32,000 nucleotides of DNA from the NCBI RefSeq assembly GCF_051201565.1, contig NZ_CP179200.1, forward strand, positions 1,140,001-1,172,000, written 5' to 3'. The notes under the pieces were generated by a model, which was not told the origin of the DNA, did no database searches, and saw only the letters and a program-made list of their open reading frames with translations. This DNA is from Pseudothioglobus sp. nBUS_23 (GTDB taxonomy: Bacteria > Pseudomonadota > Gammaproteobacteria > PS1 > Pseudothioglobaceae). Shown in pieces: positions 18,136-26,211 of this stretch (position 1 is its first letter; each line of letters begins with the position of its first letter). Both the position numbers and the translations under genes were made by a program.

Positions 18136-18278
18136 AGTTTGAAAAGAAGTAGATGCAGTTTTATGAGTGCCTGCATGGATTAATAATTTAATGATATCGT
18201 TTTATAGTTGGAGATAAACTATATTTTATCAACCATAATGACTCTAATCATGAGGATTTTGTATTTATTTATGAAGAT

Positions 18279-19436
18279 TCAAAGCGCCCTTACTTTTAAA
18301 ATTCCCTCTACTTGATTGATATTCTCAATAACAGTTTTGGGTATTTCTTTCTCAATATCAATAAGTGTGTAAGCAAAATCACCTCGTGATTTATTTAGCA
18401 TATCCACAATATTAACACCTTCTTCAGCAATCTCTTTTGTTATTTGACGAACCATATTCGGAATATTTCTATGAGTAATTGCAAGACGCTCTTCACCAGC
18501 CCTTGGCATCTTTGAGTCAGGAAAATTGACTGAGTTTACAATGTTTCCATGCTCAAGATAGTCTTTTACTTGCTTGGCAATCATTATTGCGCAGTTCTCC
18601 TCTGCCTCAGAAGTAGACGCTCCCAAGTGAGGGAGAGCAATGACTCTATCATGATTCTTTTTCTCATCGATAGGAAAGTCAGTAACGTAATACTTTACCT
18701 TGCCACTATCAAGGGATTTAATGAGTTCTTCTTCATCAACTATGCCGTCTCTTGACATGTTGATAACAACACATCCCTCAGGCAAAAGAGCAATTCTCTT
18801 TGCATCTAAAAGATTCTTAGTTGCATCAACCAGAGGCACATGGAATGAAACAAAGTCACTTTTTGAAAAGAGCTCTTCTAATGAGAGAGCCTCTTGAACT
18901 TCTGAAGAAATTTTCCAGGCATTCTTTTTAGAAATTGATGGATCATACCCAATAACATCCATCCCTAGAATACTGGCAGCATTTGCAATCTCTACTCCGA
19001 TTGCTCCCAAGCCCACAATCCCTAATGTTTTTCCAGGCAGTTCAGATCCTGAATACTGCTTTTTTCCATCTTCAACCGTAGTCTTAAGGTTTTCCAGTGG
19101 AAGCTTATTGACATAATCCCAAGCCTGGCAAATATTTCGACTTGCAAGGAGCATTGATGAAATAACAAGCTCTTTCACAGCATTTGCATTTGCACCAGGC
19201 GTATTAAATACAACCACGCCCTTGTCACTCATTTGTTTAAGTGGAATATTGTTGACTCCTGCACCAGCCCTGCCAATTGCTTTTAAACTATCTCCAATTT
19301 CCATATCATGCATTTTTGCACTTCGAACGAGAATGGCATCTGGATTTTCATCACTTGTGGAAACCTGATAGGATTCTTTTGAAAACTTCTCGAGTCCAAG
19401 AGGTGAAATGTTATTGAGTACCTGTATGTTAAGCAT
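18279..19436 (-). CDS. serA: D-3-phosphoglycerate dehydrogenase
   Basis: 385-aa ORF with a D-2-hydroxyacid dehydrogenase fold, NAD motif GIVGLGAIGVEIA and a C-terminal ACT-like regulatory tail. Its start overlaps the serC stop by 1 nt. Confidence 0.88.
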   Translation of the reverse strand: MLNIQVLNNISPLGLEKFSKESYQVSTSDENPDAILVRSAKMHDMEIGDSLKAIGRAGAGVNNIPLKQMSDKGVVVFNTPGANANAVKELVISSMLLASRNICQAWDYVNKLPLENLKTTVEDGKKQYSGSELPGKTLGIVGLGAIGVEIANAASILGMDVIGYDPSISKKNAWKISSEVQEALSLEELFSKSDFVSFHVPLVDATKNLLDAKRIALLPEGCVVINMSRDGIVDEEELIKSLDSGKVKYYVTDFPIDEKKNHDRVIALPHLGASTSEAEENCAIMIAKQVKDYLEHGNIVNSVNFPDSKMPRAGEERLAITHRNIPNMVRQITKEIAEEGVNIVDMLNKSRGDFAYTLIDIEKEIPKTVIENINQVEGILKVRAL

Positions 19437-20515
19437 TATCCAAAATCCTTTTCAAAATTATTCATAAAATTAATAAGGGCCTCAACCCCCTCTTTAGGCA
19501 TAGCATTATAAATACTTGCCCTCATACCGCCGACACTTCGATGACCCTTAAGTGCGAGCAGACCAGCCTCTTTTGAGCGCTCTAAAAATGTAATATTTAA
19601 TTTATCATCTGCTAATAAAAATGGGACATTCATCCATGATCTATACCTTGTAGAAACTGGATTTGAATAAAAATCAGAGCTATCAATAGCTCTATATAGT
19701 GACTCTGCTTTAGCTTTATTAATTGTTTGCATTGCGCTAAGACCACCCTTCTCTTTAACCCACTCAAAGACTCTTCCAGCCGCGTACCATGGAAAAGTAG
19801 CTGGTGTATTAAACATCGAATCATTATGAGCTTGAGTAGAATAGTCAAATAATTTAGGCTGCTGCTTAACCACATCTCCAATAAGATCCTCTCTAACAAT
19901 TACAATTGTTAGTCCAGATGGACCAATATTCTTTTGGGCTCCTGCATAAATAACACCAAATTTAGAAACGTCAATTGGACGCGATAGAATCGTAGAAGAC
20001 ATGTCTGCAGCAATAGGGATGGAAACCTCTGGAATATAGTCAAACTCTAGACCTGCAATCGTCTCATTAGGAGTGTAATGAAGATAAGAAGCATCTTCAT
20101 CAATATCCCAATTTTGAAAATCATCAATGTTAGTAAAATTATTTTCGGTACTGTCTGTACATACATTAACCTCGCAATACCTTTTTGCCTCTGCAATCGC
20201 TTTAACAGACCAGTGACCTGTATTTGCATAACTGGCTTTCAAGCCTCCTCTTAGGAGATTAATGGGTACCATAGAAAACTGTGCTGATGCCCCTCCCTGA
20301 AGAAAAAGTACCTTGTAGTTTTCAGGAATACTCAGAAGCTCTCTAAAATCTTGCTCAGATTTCTCAGCAGCTTCCATAAAATCAACCCCTCTATGGGAAA
20401 TTTCCATTACTGATGCTTTTGAGTTTTGATATTCGAGAAGTTCGCTCTGAATTTTAAGAAGAACCTCTCTAGGCAGCATTGCTGGTCCTGCACTAAAATT
20501 GTATGCTTGAGTCAT
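19436..20515 (-). CDS. serC: 3-phosphoserine / phosphohydroxythreonine aminotransferase
   Basis: 359-aa ORF with the N-terminus YNFSAGPAMLP and the PLP-lysine context YAGAQKNIGPSGLT. Confidence 0.94.
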   Translation of the reverse strand: MTQAYNFSAGPAMLPREVLLKIQSELLEYQNSKASVMEISHRGVDFMEAAEKSEQDFRELLSIPENYKVLFLQGGASAQFSMVPINLLRGGLKASYANTGHWSVKAIAEAKRYCEVNVCTDSTENNFTNIDDFQNWDIDEDASYLHYTPNETIAGLEFDYIPEVSIPIAADMSSTILSRPIDVSKFGVIYAGAQKNIGPSGLTIVIVREDLIGDVVKQQPKLFDYSTQAHNDSMFNTPATFPWYAAGRVFEWVKEKGGLSAMQTINKAKAESLYRAIDSSDFYSNPVSTRYRSWMNVPFLLADDKLNITFLERSKEAGLLALKGHRSVGGMRASIYNAMPKEGVEALINFMNNFEKDFG

Positions 20516-20632
20516 TTTTAATAATTAACTTTTTTTAAGTAAAAAAAAACGCTCAGGTGCGCATAGTCAAACTAAGCCCATCTAAACGTCATTGTTGATC
20601 AAATAACCACCATTGGTTTTTGAAATAGAATG

Positions 20633-20638
20633 ATTATA
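20633..20638 (-). promoter_or_regulatory. Candidate -10 (TATAAT on the minus strand, context cAGGTATAATc) for serC-serA
   Basis: Perfect hexamer about 115 nt upstream of the serC ATG. I found no convincing -35. Confidence 0.3.
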
Positions 20639-20773
20639 CCTGTCCTATAAATTTCATCACGTAGGCTTTGTGACAAAATGTCTCAATATTAATTTGAAAA
20701 TTAACATTTGTTTCTCAGCCTTGGAAATCATTTGCTTTAATCAATCTTGTAAAATAATGAGTCTATTTCATAC

Positions 20774-21616
20774 TTGATTCATCTGATGACAATTCAAACC
20801 ATAATAGTTCATGACCACAATATCGAAACTGCTAAAAAAGTAGCTCTTCATATAAATGGTGAACTTGAAGCAAGAAAAAGTCACTACAGAGTGCATACAA
20901 AATCAAACTTTGAAATTGAGAATTTAAGGTCTCATCATAGTGTTGATCTTAATATTTTTGATCAAGGGTTTGATTATGACAATATCAAACTCATGGTCAG
21001 TGATATGGACTCTACCCTGATCTCGATTGAAACGATTGATGAGGTCGCAAGACAGGTTGGCCTGTCAAATGAAGTCTCATGCATTACAGAAGAAGCGATG
21101 CAGGGTCAGTTAGATTTTTCTGAGTCATTTAAAAAGAGATTGTCTATTTTAAAAGGGGTTGGCACTGAAAGTTTCAATCAAGTATACAAAAACAAAATGG
21201 AGTTGAACCCAGGTGCTAGCGAGCTTGTTAAATTTCTTAAGTCTATCAAAATAAAAACTGCTTTAGTTTCAGGCGGTATAAACTTTTTTGCTGAAAAAGT
21301 TACAGATGTCTTAGGTATTGATTCATATCGCGCTAACGATGTTGAAATCAAAAATGAGGCTTTAACTGGAAAGGTAATAGGAGCAGTGGTTGATGCCAAG
21401 GCAAAAGCGAATTATATTGAAGAATTGTGTAAGCATTATAGGCTTAGCTCTAAACAAGTGATTGCCATTGGAGATGGTGCTAATGATCTAGAAATGATGA
21501 AAGTATCCGGACTATCGGTCGCTTACCACGGCAAACCAATCTTGAAGAAAAGTTGTAATATACATATTAACTTTGGTGGATTAGATAGCCTAATTGACTT
21601 CTTTGATAAATCGTAA
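20774..21616 (+). CDS. serB: Phosphoserine phosphatase (HAD superfamily)
   Basis: 280-aa ORF with the HAD motif I DMDSTLI, a later GDGANDL motif and a SerB-like N-terminal regulatory extension. The listed start is TTG at 20774; an ATG at 20786 is an alternative. Confidence 0.86.
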   Translation: MIHLMTIQTIIVHDHNIETAKKVALHINGELEARKSHYRVHTKSNFEIENLRSHHSVDLNIFDQGFDYDNIKLMVSDMDSTLISIETIDEVARQVGLSNEVSCITEEAMQGQLDFSESFKKRLSILKGVGTESFNQVYKNKMELNPGASELVKFLKSIKIKTALVSGGINFFAEKVTDVLGIDSYRANDVEIKNEALTGKVIGAVVDAKAKANYIEELCKHYRLSSKQVIAIGDGANDLEMMKVSGLSVAYHGKPILKKSCNIHINFGGLDSLIDFFDKS

Positions 21617-21710
21617 GTGATCAAAATTTTTTTTCATAGAAAAACCACAAAAAATTCATTTAAAACTTTCAGTCTTCTAAGTAAACTAACGACTTAATTT
21701 ATAAAATATT

Positions 21711-22154
21711 ATGAGTGCTATGAAATCAAAATCAATACTTTTAGCAGTTTTTTTATCAGTTTTTGTTTTTAGTTTTTTTAATATTGCAAATGCTGATGAC
21801 CATCTTCACAAAGTAAGCGGAACAGTCACAGGCTGCTCTTCGAAGCATGCAGTCCATGTTCTTATTTATGAAGAGGCAGGCTTTAAAGGTATGAATCATA
21901 GTCAAGAGAACATTTACTCTCCAACAAAGGGTGCTGATTGCAGTGTCGACTTTAGTATGGAGGTTCCAACTGGACCTTATGCCCTTGCCTCGTTTGAAGA
22001 CAAGAATGGTAACGGAGAGCTGGATTTCTTTTTCTTTATTCCAAAAGAGCCAGCTGGTTTCTATCAATTCAGCGGTATGGGTGCGCCCAAGTTTGATAAG
22101 ATGAAGGTAGATGTCAATGGTGACATTGATAATATCGAAATTGTTCTTCCATAA
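21711..22154 (+). CDS. Secreted DUF2141-family protein
   Basis: 147-aa ORF with a signal peptide (FFNIANA-DD). The DKNGNGELDFFFFIPKEPAGF segment matches the DUF2141 core (NxNGxLDxNxxGIPxEgyGFS). Confidence 0.68.
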   Translation: MSAMKSKSILLAVFLSVFVFSFFNIANADDHLHKVSGTVTGCSSKHAVHVLIYEEAGFKGMNHSQENIYSPTKGADCSVDFSMEVPTGPYALASFEDKNGNGELDFFFFIPKEPAGFYQFSGMGAPKFDKMKVDVNGDIDNIEIVLP

Positions 22155-22176
22155 TTACTAATTATTACTTTTATAT

Positions 22177-22818
22177 ATGCCCACCCCAATCATTGCAGGA
22201 TCGACAGGACTTGTTGGCAGCAAGATTTTGAGCTGTCTCTCTGATCAAAATCTTAACCCTATAGCATTAGCAAGAAACACAATCAAACTTCTTCCTGCAA
22301 ATGCACATGAACTCATTGTTGATTATGACTCCTTATTGACCGAAGGCTCCCTTCCAAAATGTGATCATGTTTTTATTTGTCTTGGTACTACAATCAAGAT
22401 TGCCAAAAGCAAAGAAAACTTTAAAAAAGTTGATCTTGACTACCCCCTTGTGATTGCAAAAAAAGCCCTAGATTCTGGCGCCAAAAAATTAACCCTTATT
22501 TCATCAGTGGGTGCTGATAGTCAATCTAAGAACTTCTACTTAAGAACCAAAGGTGAGCTTGAAGATGCAATTCTTGAGCTCGGCTATGAGAGCGTAAATA
22601 TATTCAGACCCAGCTTTTTAATTGGTCGAGGAGGAAGGCATAGGGCTGTTTCAGAGAAAATCTTTATGAGGGCCGCTAAAGTATTTGATATTTTTTGTAT
22701 TGGATCTGCAAGAAAATACAGAAGCATTGACGCTCAAAAATTAGCTGACAAAATGGCTTCTACATTAGATTCTATCCCAGGCGTTCATTACTATTACTTT
22801 GATGACTTTATAAACTAA
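22177..22818 (+). CDS. NAD(P)H-binding atypical SDR, YraR / HTATIP2-like
   Basis: 213-aa ORF with the N-terminal IAGSTGLVGSKIL Rossmann motif, CLGTT, and YLRTKGELEDA in the position of the YraR motif. Confidence 0.7.
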   Translation: MPTPIIAGSTGLVGSKILSCLSDQNLNPIALARNTIKLLPANAHELIVDYDSLLTEGSLPKCDHVFICLGTTIKIAKSKENFKKVDLDYPLVIAKKALDSGAKKLTLISSVGADSQSKNFYLRTKGELEDAILELGYESVNIFRPSFLIGRGGRHRAVSEKIFMRAAKVFDIFCIGSARKYRSIDAQKLADKMASTLDSIPGVHYYYFDDFIN

Positions 22819-22870
22819 TTTTTATAAATTCTGTCCTATCCACCCTTTTCGTAAACAAGATTTAATAATA

Positions 22871-22899
22871 TTAGATCTAAAATCTCTCACAGGTATAAT
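22871..22899 (+). promoter_or_regulatory. Candidate aroC promoter: perfect TATAAT (22894-22899), with a 10-bp palindrome TTAGATCTAA at the -35 position
   Basis: TTAGAT-N17-TATAAT spacing. The -10 is bracketed by the inverted repeat CTCACA (22886-22891) / TGTGAG (22899-22904). It lies about 30 nt upstream of the aroC ATG. Confidence 0.4.
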
Positions 22900-22931
22900 G
22901 TGAGCCATCTAAATAAGCACATCACCATTCA

Positions 22932-24032
22932 ATGTCGGGCAACTCATTCGGAAAACTATTTACTTTAACGACTGCTGGCGAGAGTCATGGTGATGCACTC
23001 TTAGGCATTGTTGATGGTTGCCCCCCAGGCATGAAACTGAGTGAAGAAGACCTTCAGGGCGACCTTGATTTGAGAAAGCCTGGCAGCTCCAGACATACCA
23101 CACAAAGAAGAGAATCTGATACTGTAAAAATTGTCTCAGGAACTTTTGAAGGGATAACTACTGGAACTCCGATTGGTCTTTTGATAGAAAATAATGACCA
23201 AAGGCCAAGGGATTACACCAAAATTGCTAATTCATTTAGGCCAGGACATGCTGACTTTAGTTATCAACAAAAATATGGAATCAGAGATTATCGTGGAGGT
23301 GGTCGCTCATCGGCAAGAGAAACTGCAATCAGAGTTGCAGCTGGCGGTATAGCAAAAAAATACCTCAGTGAAAAATTTAGTATCAAAATCAATGGCTATC
23401 TAGCCCAACTAGGCCCTATAGCTTTTGAAAACTTTGACTGGAATGAAGTTCATAACAACCCTTTCTTTTGTCCTGATGCTAAGAAGGTTTCAGAGCTTGA
23501 AGAGTATATGGACAATCTAAGAAAGTCAGGTGACTCTATAGGCGCCAGAATTAATATTGTGGCAAGCAATATGGTGACTGGTCTAGGTGAGCCCATATTT
23601 GACCGACTCGATGCGGATATTGCACACGCAATGATGAGCATTAATGCGGTCAAAGGTATTGAAATTGGTGCTGGCTTTGAAGTTGTAAACCAAAAGGGCT
23701 CTGATCATAGGGACCTGATAACCCCGGAGGGCTTTAAATCAAATAACTCTGGAGGAATTTTAGGAGGCATAAGTTCTGGGCAAGATCTATTAATTTCAAT
23801 TGCTCTGAAACCAACCTCCAGTATTCGTCTTCCTGCGGAGAGTATCGACAAAAAAGGTGGTTCAACAGAAATCAGTACAACCGGAAGACATGACCCCTGT
23901 GTTGGCATTCGCGCTACCCCTATTGCAGAAGCGATGCTGGCGATTACTCTGATGGACCATGCCCTAAGGAACCGCGCTCAAAACGCAGATGTAGAATCAG
24001 TCACGCCCGTTATACCCGCATCCAAGCAGTAA
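22932..24032 (+). CDS. aroC: Chorismate synthase
   Basis: 366-aa ORF with the [21 protein letters not shown] and GRHDPCVG signatures. Confidence 0.95.
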   Translation: MSGNSFGKLFTLTTAGESHGDALLGIVDGCPPGMKLSEEDLQGDLDLRKPGSSRHTTQRRESDTVKIVSGTFEGITTGTPIGLLIENNDQRPRDYTKIANSFRPGHADFSYQQKYGIRDYRGGGRSSARETAIRVAAGGIAKKYLSEKFSIKINGYLAQLGPIAFENFDWNEVHNNPFFCPDAKKVSELEEYMDNLRKSGDSIGARINIVASNMVTGLGEPIFDRLDADIAHAMMSINAVKGIEIGAGFEVVNQKGSDHRDLITPEGFKSNNSGGILGGISSGQDLLISIALKPTSSIRLPAESIDKKGGSTEISTTGRHDPCVGIRATPIAEAMLAITLMDHALRNRAQNADVESVTPVIPASKQ

Positions 24033-24056
24033 GTTCAATTCAATCAAAAGGAAATA

Positions 24057-25598
24057 ATGTTTAAGCTCATTCATAAGCGCGTGCCTAGTAACGCAAAAAA
24101 TGATATTTTGTCAGGCCTTACTGTCGCGCTTGCACTTGTCCCAGAAGCTGTTGCCTTTGCACTTTTGGCTGGATTAAATCCACTTGTAGGACTTTATGCA
24201 GCCTTTACAATTGGAATTGTTACATCGATTTTGGGTGGCAGGCCTGGAATGATTTCAGGAGCGACCGGAGCTATTGCGGTGGTCATTGGAACTTTAGTTG
24301 CGATATATGGCGTCGAGTACTTGTTTGCTGCTGTCGTTCTTACAGGAGTCATCCAAGTAGTCTTTGGCATCTTAAAAATGGGTAAATTTATTAGACTCGT
24401 TCCGCACCCAGTCTTTCTTGGCTTTGTGAACGGTCTTGCTATAGTAATCTTTTTATCTCAGGTCAAACAATTTAAGGTTGAGGGGGAATGGATTACAGGA
24501 AGTCCACTCGCTTTGATGCTAATTATTGTTGCCATCACGATGCTTATTATTCATTTCTTGCCAAAAATCACTAGAGCCATTCCCTCAACTTTGGTAGCAA
24601 TTGTAATCGGAACTCTAGCAGTTCTTTTTCTTGGACTAGATACAAGAACAGTGGGTGATATCGCCCCTATTGGTGGGGTATTTCCACCGTTTCATTTTCC
24701 TGACGTACCCCTCAATTTTGAAACGCTCAGTATCGTTTTCCCATACGCAGTGGTCATGGCTCTGGTTGGCCTTATTGAAAGTTTATTAACCCTAAACCTG
24801 ATTGATGATTTAACTGAAACAACAGGTCAGCCTAATCGTGAATGTATTGGTCAAGGAGTTGCTAATACGGTAACTGGATTATTTGGGGGAATGGGTGGCT
24901 GCGCAATGGTAGGTCAAAGCCTCATTAATATCAAGTCAGGAGGCAGGGGAAGACTATCAGGCATTGTCGCTTCGCTGGTCCTCCTATTCTTTATCCTTTA
25001 CCTTTCAAAGTACATTGAAATGATTCCAGTCGCCGTTCTCATTGGAGTTATGATGATGGTTGTGATAGGGACCTTTGAGTGGGGATCACTAAGGCTATTT
25101 GGCAAAGTCCCATTGCCAGACATTGTGGTGGGCATAGCAGTAGCTGTAATTACTGTTCTAACTGATAACCTAGCTCTTGCAGTCATTGCTGGAGTAATCA
25201 TGTCTGCACTATCTTATGCCTGGGAGTCAGCTGGAAAGATTCACTCTGTTGAAGAATATGAGTCAGAGGGTAAAAAGACTTACAGACTTCACGGAGCTTT
25301 GTTTTTTGCATCAATCAACACATTCCATTCAATATTCAACCCAAAAGAAGATCCAGATAATGTCTATATTGACTTTGAAGATTCTCGAGTCATTGATCAC
25401 TCTGCTATTCAGGCCATTGATAAACTTGCAGAGCGCTATCAAAAAGCCGGTAAAACTCTTCACTTAATGCATTTGAGTGAGGAATGTCGATTGCTTCTGA
25501 AGACTGCGCAGCACCTGGTGGAAGTGAATGTTCTTGAAGATCCTCAATATCATGTTGCTATCGATAAAGCAAAGGCTCGAATTGAAGGAAACATGTAA
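24057..25598 (+). CDS. SulP-family inorganic anion transporter with a C-terminal STAS domain
   Basis: 513-aa ORF. The N-terminal segment SGLTVALALVPEAVAFA is followed by multiple TM helices. The cytoplasmic C-terminal domain of about 110 aa has STAS-like layout. Confidence 0.88.
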   Translation: MFKLIHKRVPSNAKNDILSGLTVALALVPEAVAFALLAGLNPLVGLYAAFTIGIVTSILGGRPGMISGATGAIAVVIGTLVAIYGVEYLFAAVVLTGVIQVVFGILKMGKFIRLVPHPVFLGFVNGLAIVIFLSQVKQFKVEGEWITGSPLALMLIIVAITMLIIHFLPKITRAIPSTLVAIVIGTLAVLFLGLDTRTVGDIAPIGGVFPPFHFPDVPLNFETLSIVFPYAVVMALVGLIESLLTLNLIDDLTETTGQPNRECIGQGVANTVTGLFGGMGGCAMVGQSLINIKSGGRGRLSGIVASLVLLFFILYLSKYIEMIPVAVLIGVMMMVVIGTFEWGSLRLFGKVPLPDIVVGIAVAVITVLTDNLALAVIAGVIMSALSYAWESAGKIHSVEEYESEGKKTYRLHGALFFASINTFHSIFNPKEDPDNVYIDFEDSRVIDHSAIQAIDKLAERYQKAGKTLHLMHLSEECRLLLKTAQHLVEVNVLEDPQYHVAIDKAKARIEGNM

Positions 25599-25622
25599 GC
25601 TTAAAAATCATAATCCGAACTC

Positions 25623-25651
25623 TTGATTTTGATTTAATTTTTTTTTATAAT
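25623..25651 (+). promoter_or_regulatory. Sigma70-type promoter candidate TTGATT-N17-TATAAT upstream of the Hsp20 gene
   Basis: Hexamers at 25623-25628 and 25646-25651 with an exact 17-nt spacer, 33 nt upstream of the ATG. I saw no sigma32-like CTTGAAA/CCCCAT pattern. Confidence 0.45.
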
Positions 25652-25684
25652 TTTTTTCCGTTTAACAAAATAGGAAATATAAAT

Positions 25685-26161
25685 ATGAAAAAAATCTATA
25701 TTATTACTTTGTTTTTACTTTCTGGTTCAGTGTTGGCACACAGTCCTTTAAACAATGACTTTGAGTCTATGATGAAGCGCATGTTCAATCACATGGAAAT
25801 GATGGATATACACCACAACCATTTGTTTGAAGAGATGGGTTTAAGACACAATAATAATAGCTGGTTATCTTTAAATCAGATTGAAAATCAAGACAACTTT
25901 CAACTAAAAATCATTCTTGATGGAATGGATAAAGAGGACCTGAAGATTCATATTGATAAAAACCTACTTGTCATACAAGCTGAAAAAAATACAATCAGCG
26001 AGACAAGTCAGTCCAGCCAGTCATTTATGCAACAATTTATGATTCCAAAAGATGTAGATAAGTCAAAAATTACCGCTGACTTTAAAGAAGGAGAATTAGT
26101 TGTCACCTTGCCAAAGAACGTTAAATCAGAACCAGAAGTACAACAAATAACAATTAATTAA
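25685..26161 (+). CDS. Hsp20/alpha-crystallin-domain protein with an N-terminal Sec signal peptide
   Basis: 158-aa ORF. The signal peptide is MKKIYIITLFLLSGSVLA-HS. A Met/His-rich arm spans aa 29-55. The ACD core is FQLKIILDGMDKEDLKIHIDKNLLVIQAEK...ADFKEGELVVTLPK. The C-terminus has an I-x-I motif (ITI). Confidence 0.8.
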   Translation: MKKIYIITLFLLSGSVLAHSPLNNDFESMMKRMFNHMEMMDIHHNHLFEEMGLRHNNNSWLSLNQIENQDNFQLKIILDGMDKEDLKIHIDKNLLVIQAEKNTISETSQSSQSFMQQFMIPKDVDKSKITADFKEGELVVTLPKNVKSEPEVQQITIN

Positions 26162-26167
26162 AATAAC

Positions 26168-26198
26168 GACACTTGTCTTTTAAAAAAAGGCAAGTGTC
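26168..26198. terminator. Hairpin between convergent genes (candidate bidirectional terminator)
   Basis: GACACTTGTC (26168-26177) pairs with GGCAAGTGTC (26189-26198) through 9 Watson-Crick pairs and 1 G-U pair. The T4/A7 loop can extend the stem. There is no classical downstream T-run on the plus strand. Confidence 0.45.
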
Positions 26199-26211
26199 TA
26201 AATCTAATAAG

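Noticed and set aside
25599-25684. Sigma32 heat-shock promoter upstream of the Hsp20 gene.
   Set aside because: No CTTGAAA-N13-15-CCCCATnT-like pattern is present. The only good hexamers form a sigma70-type TTGATT-N17-TATAAT.
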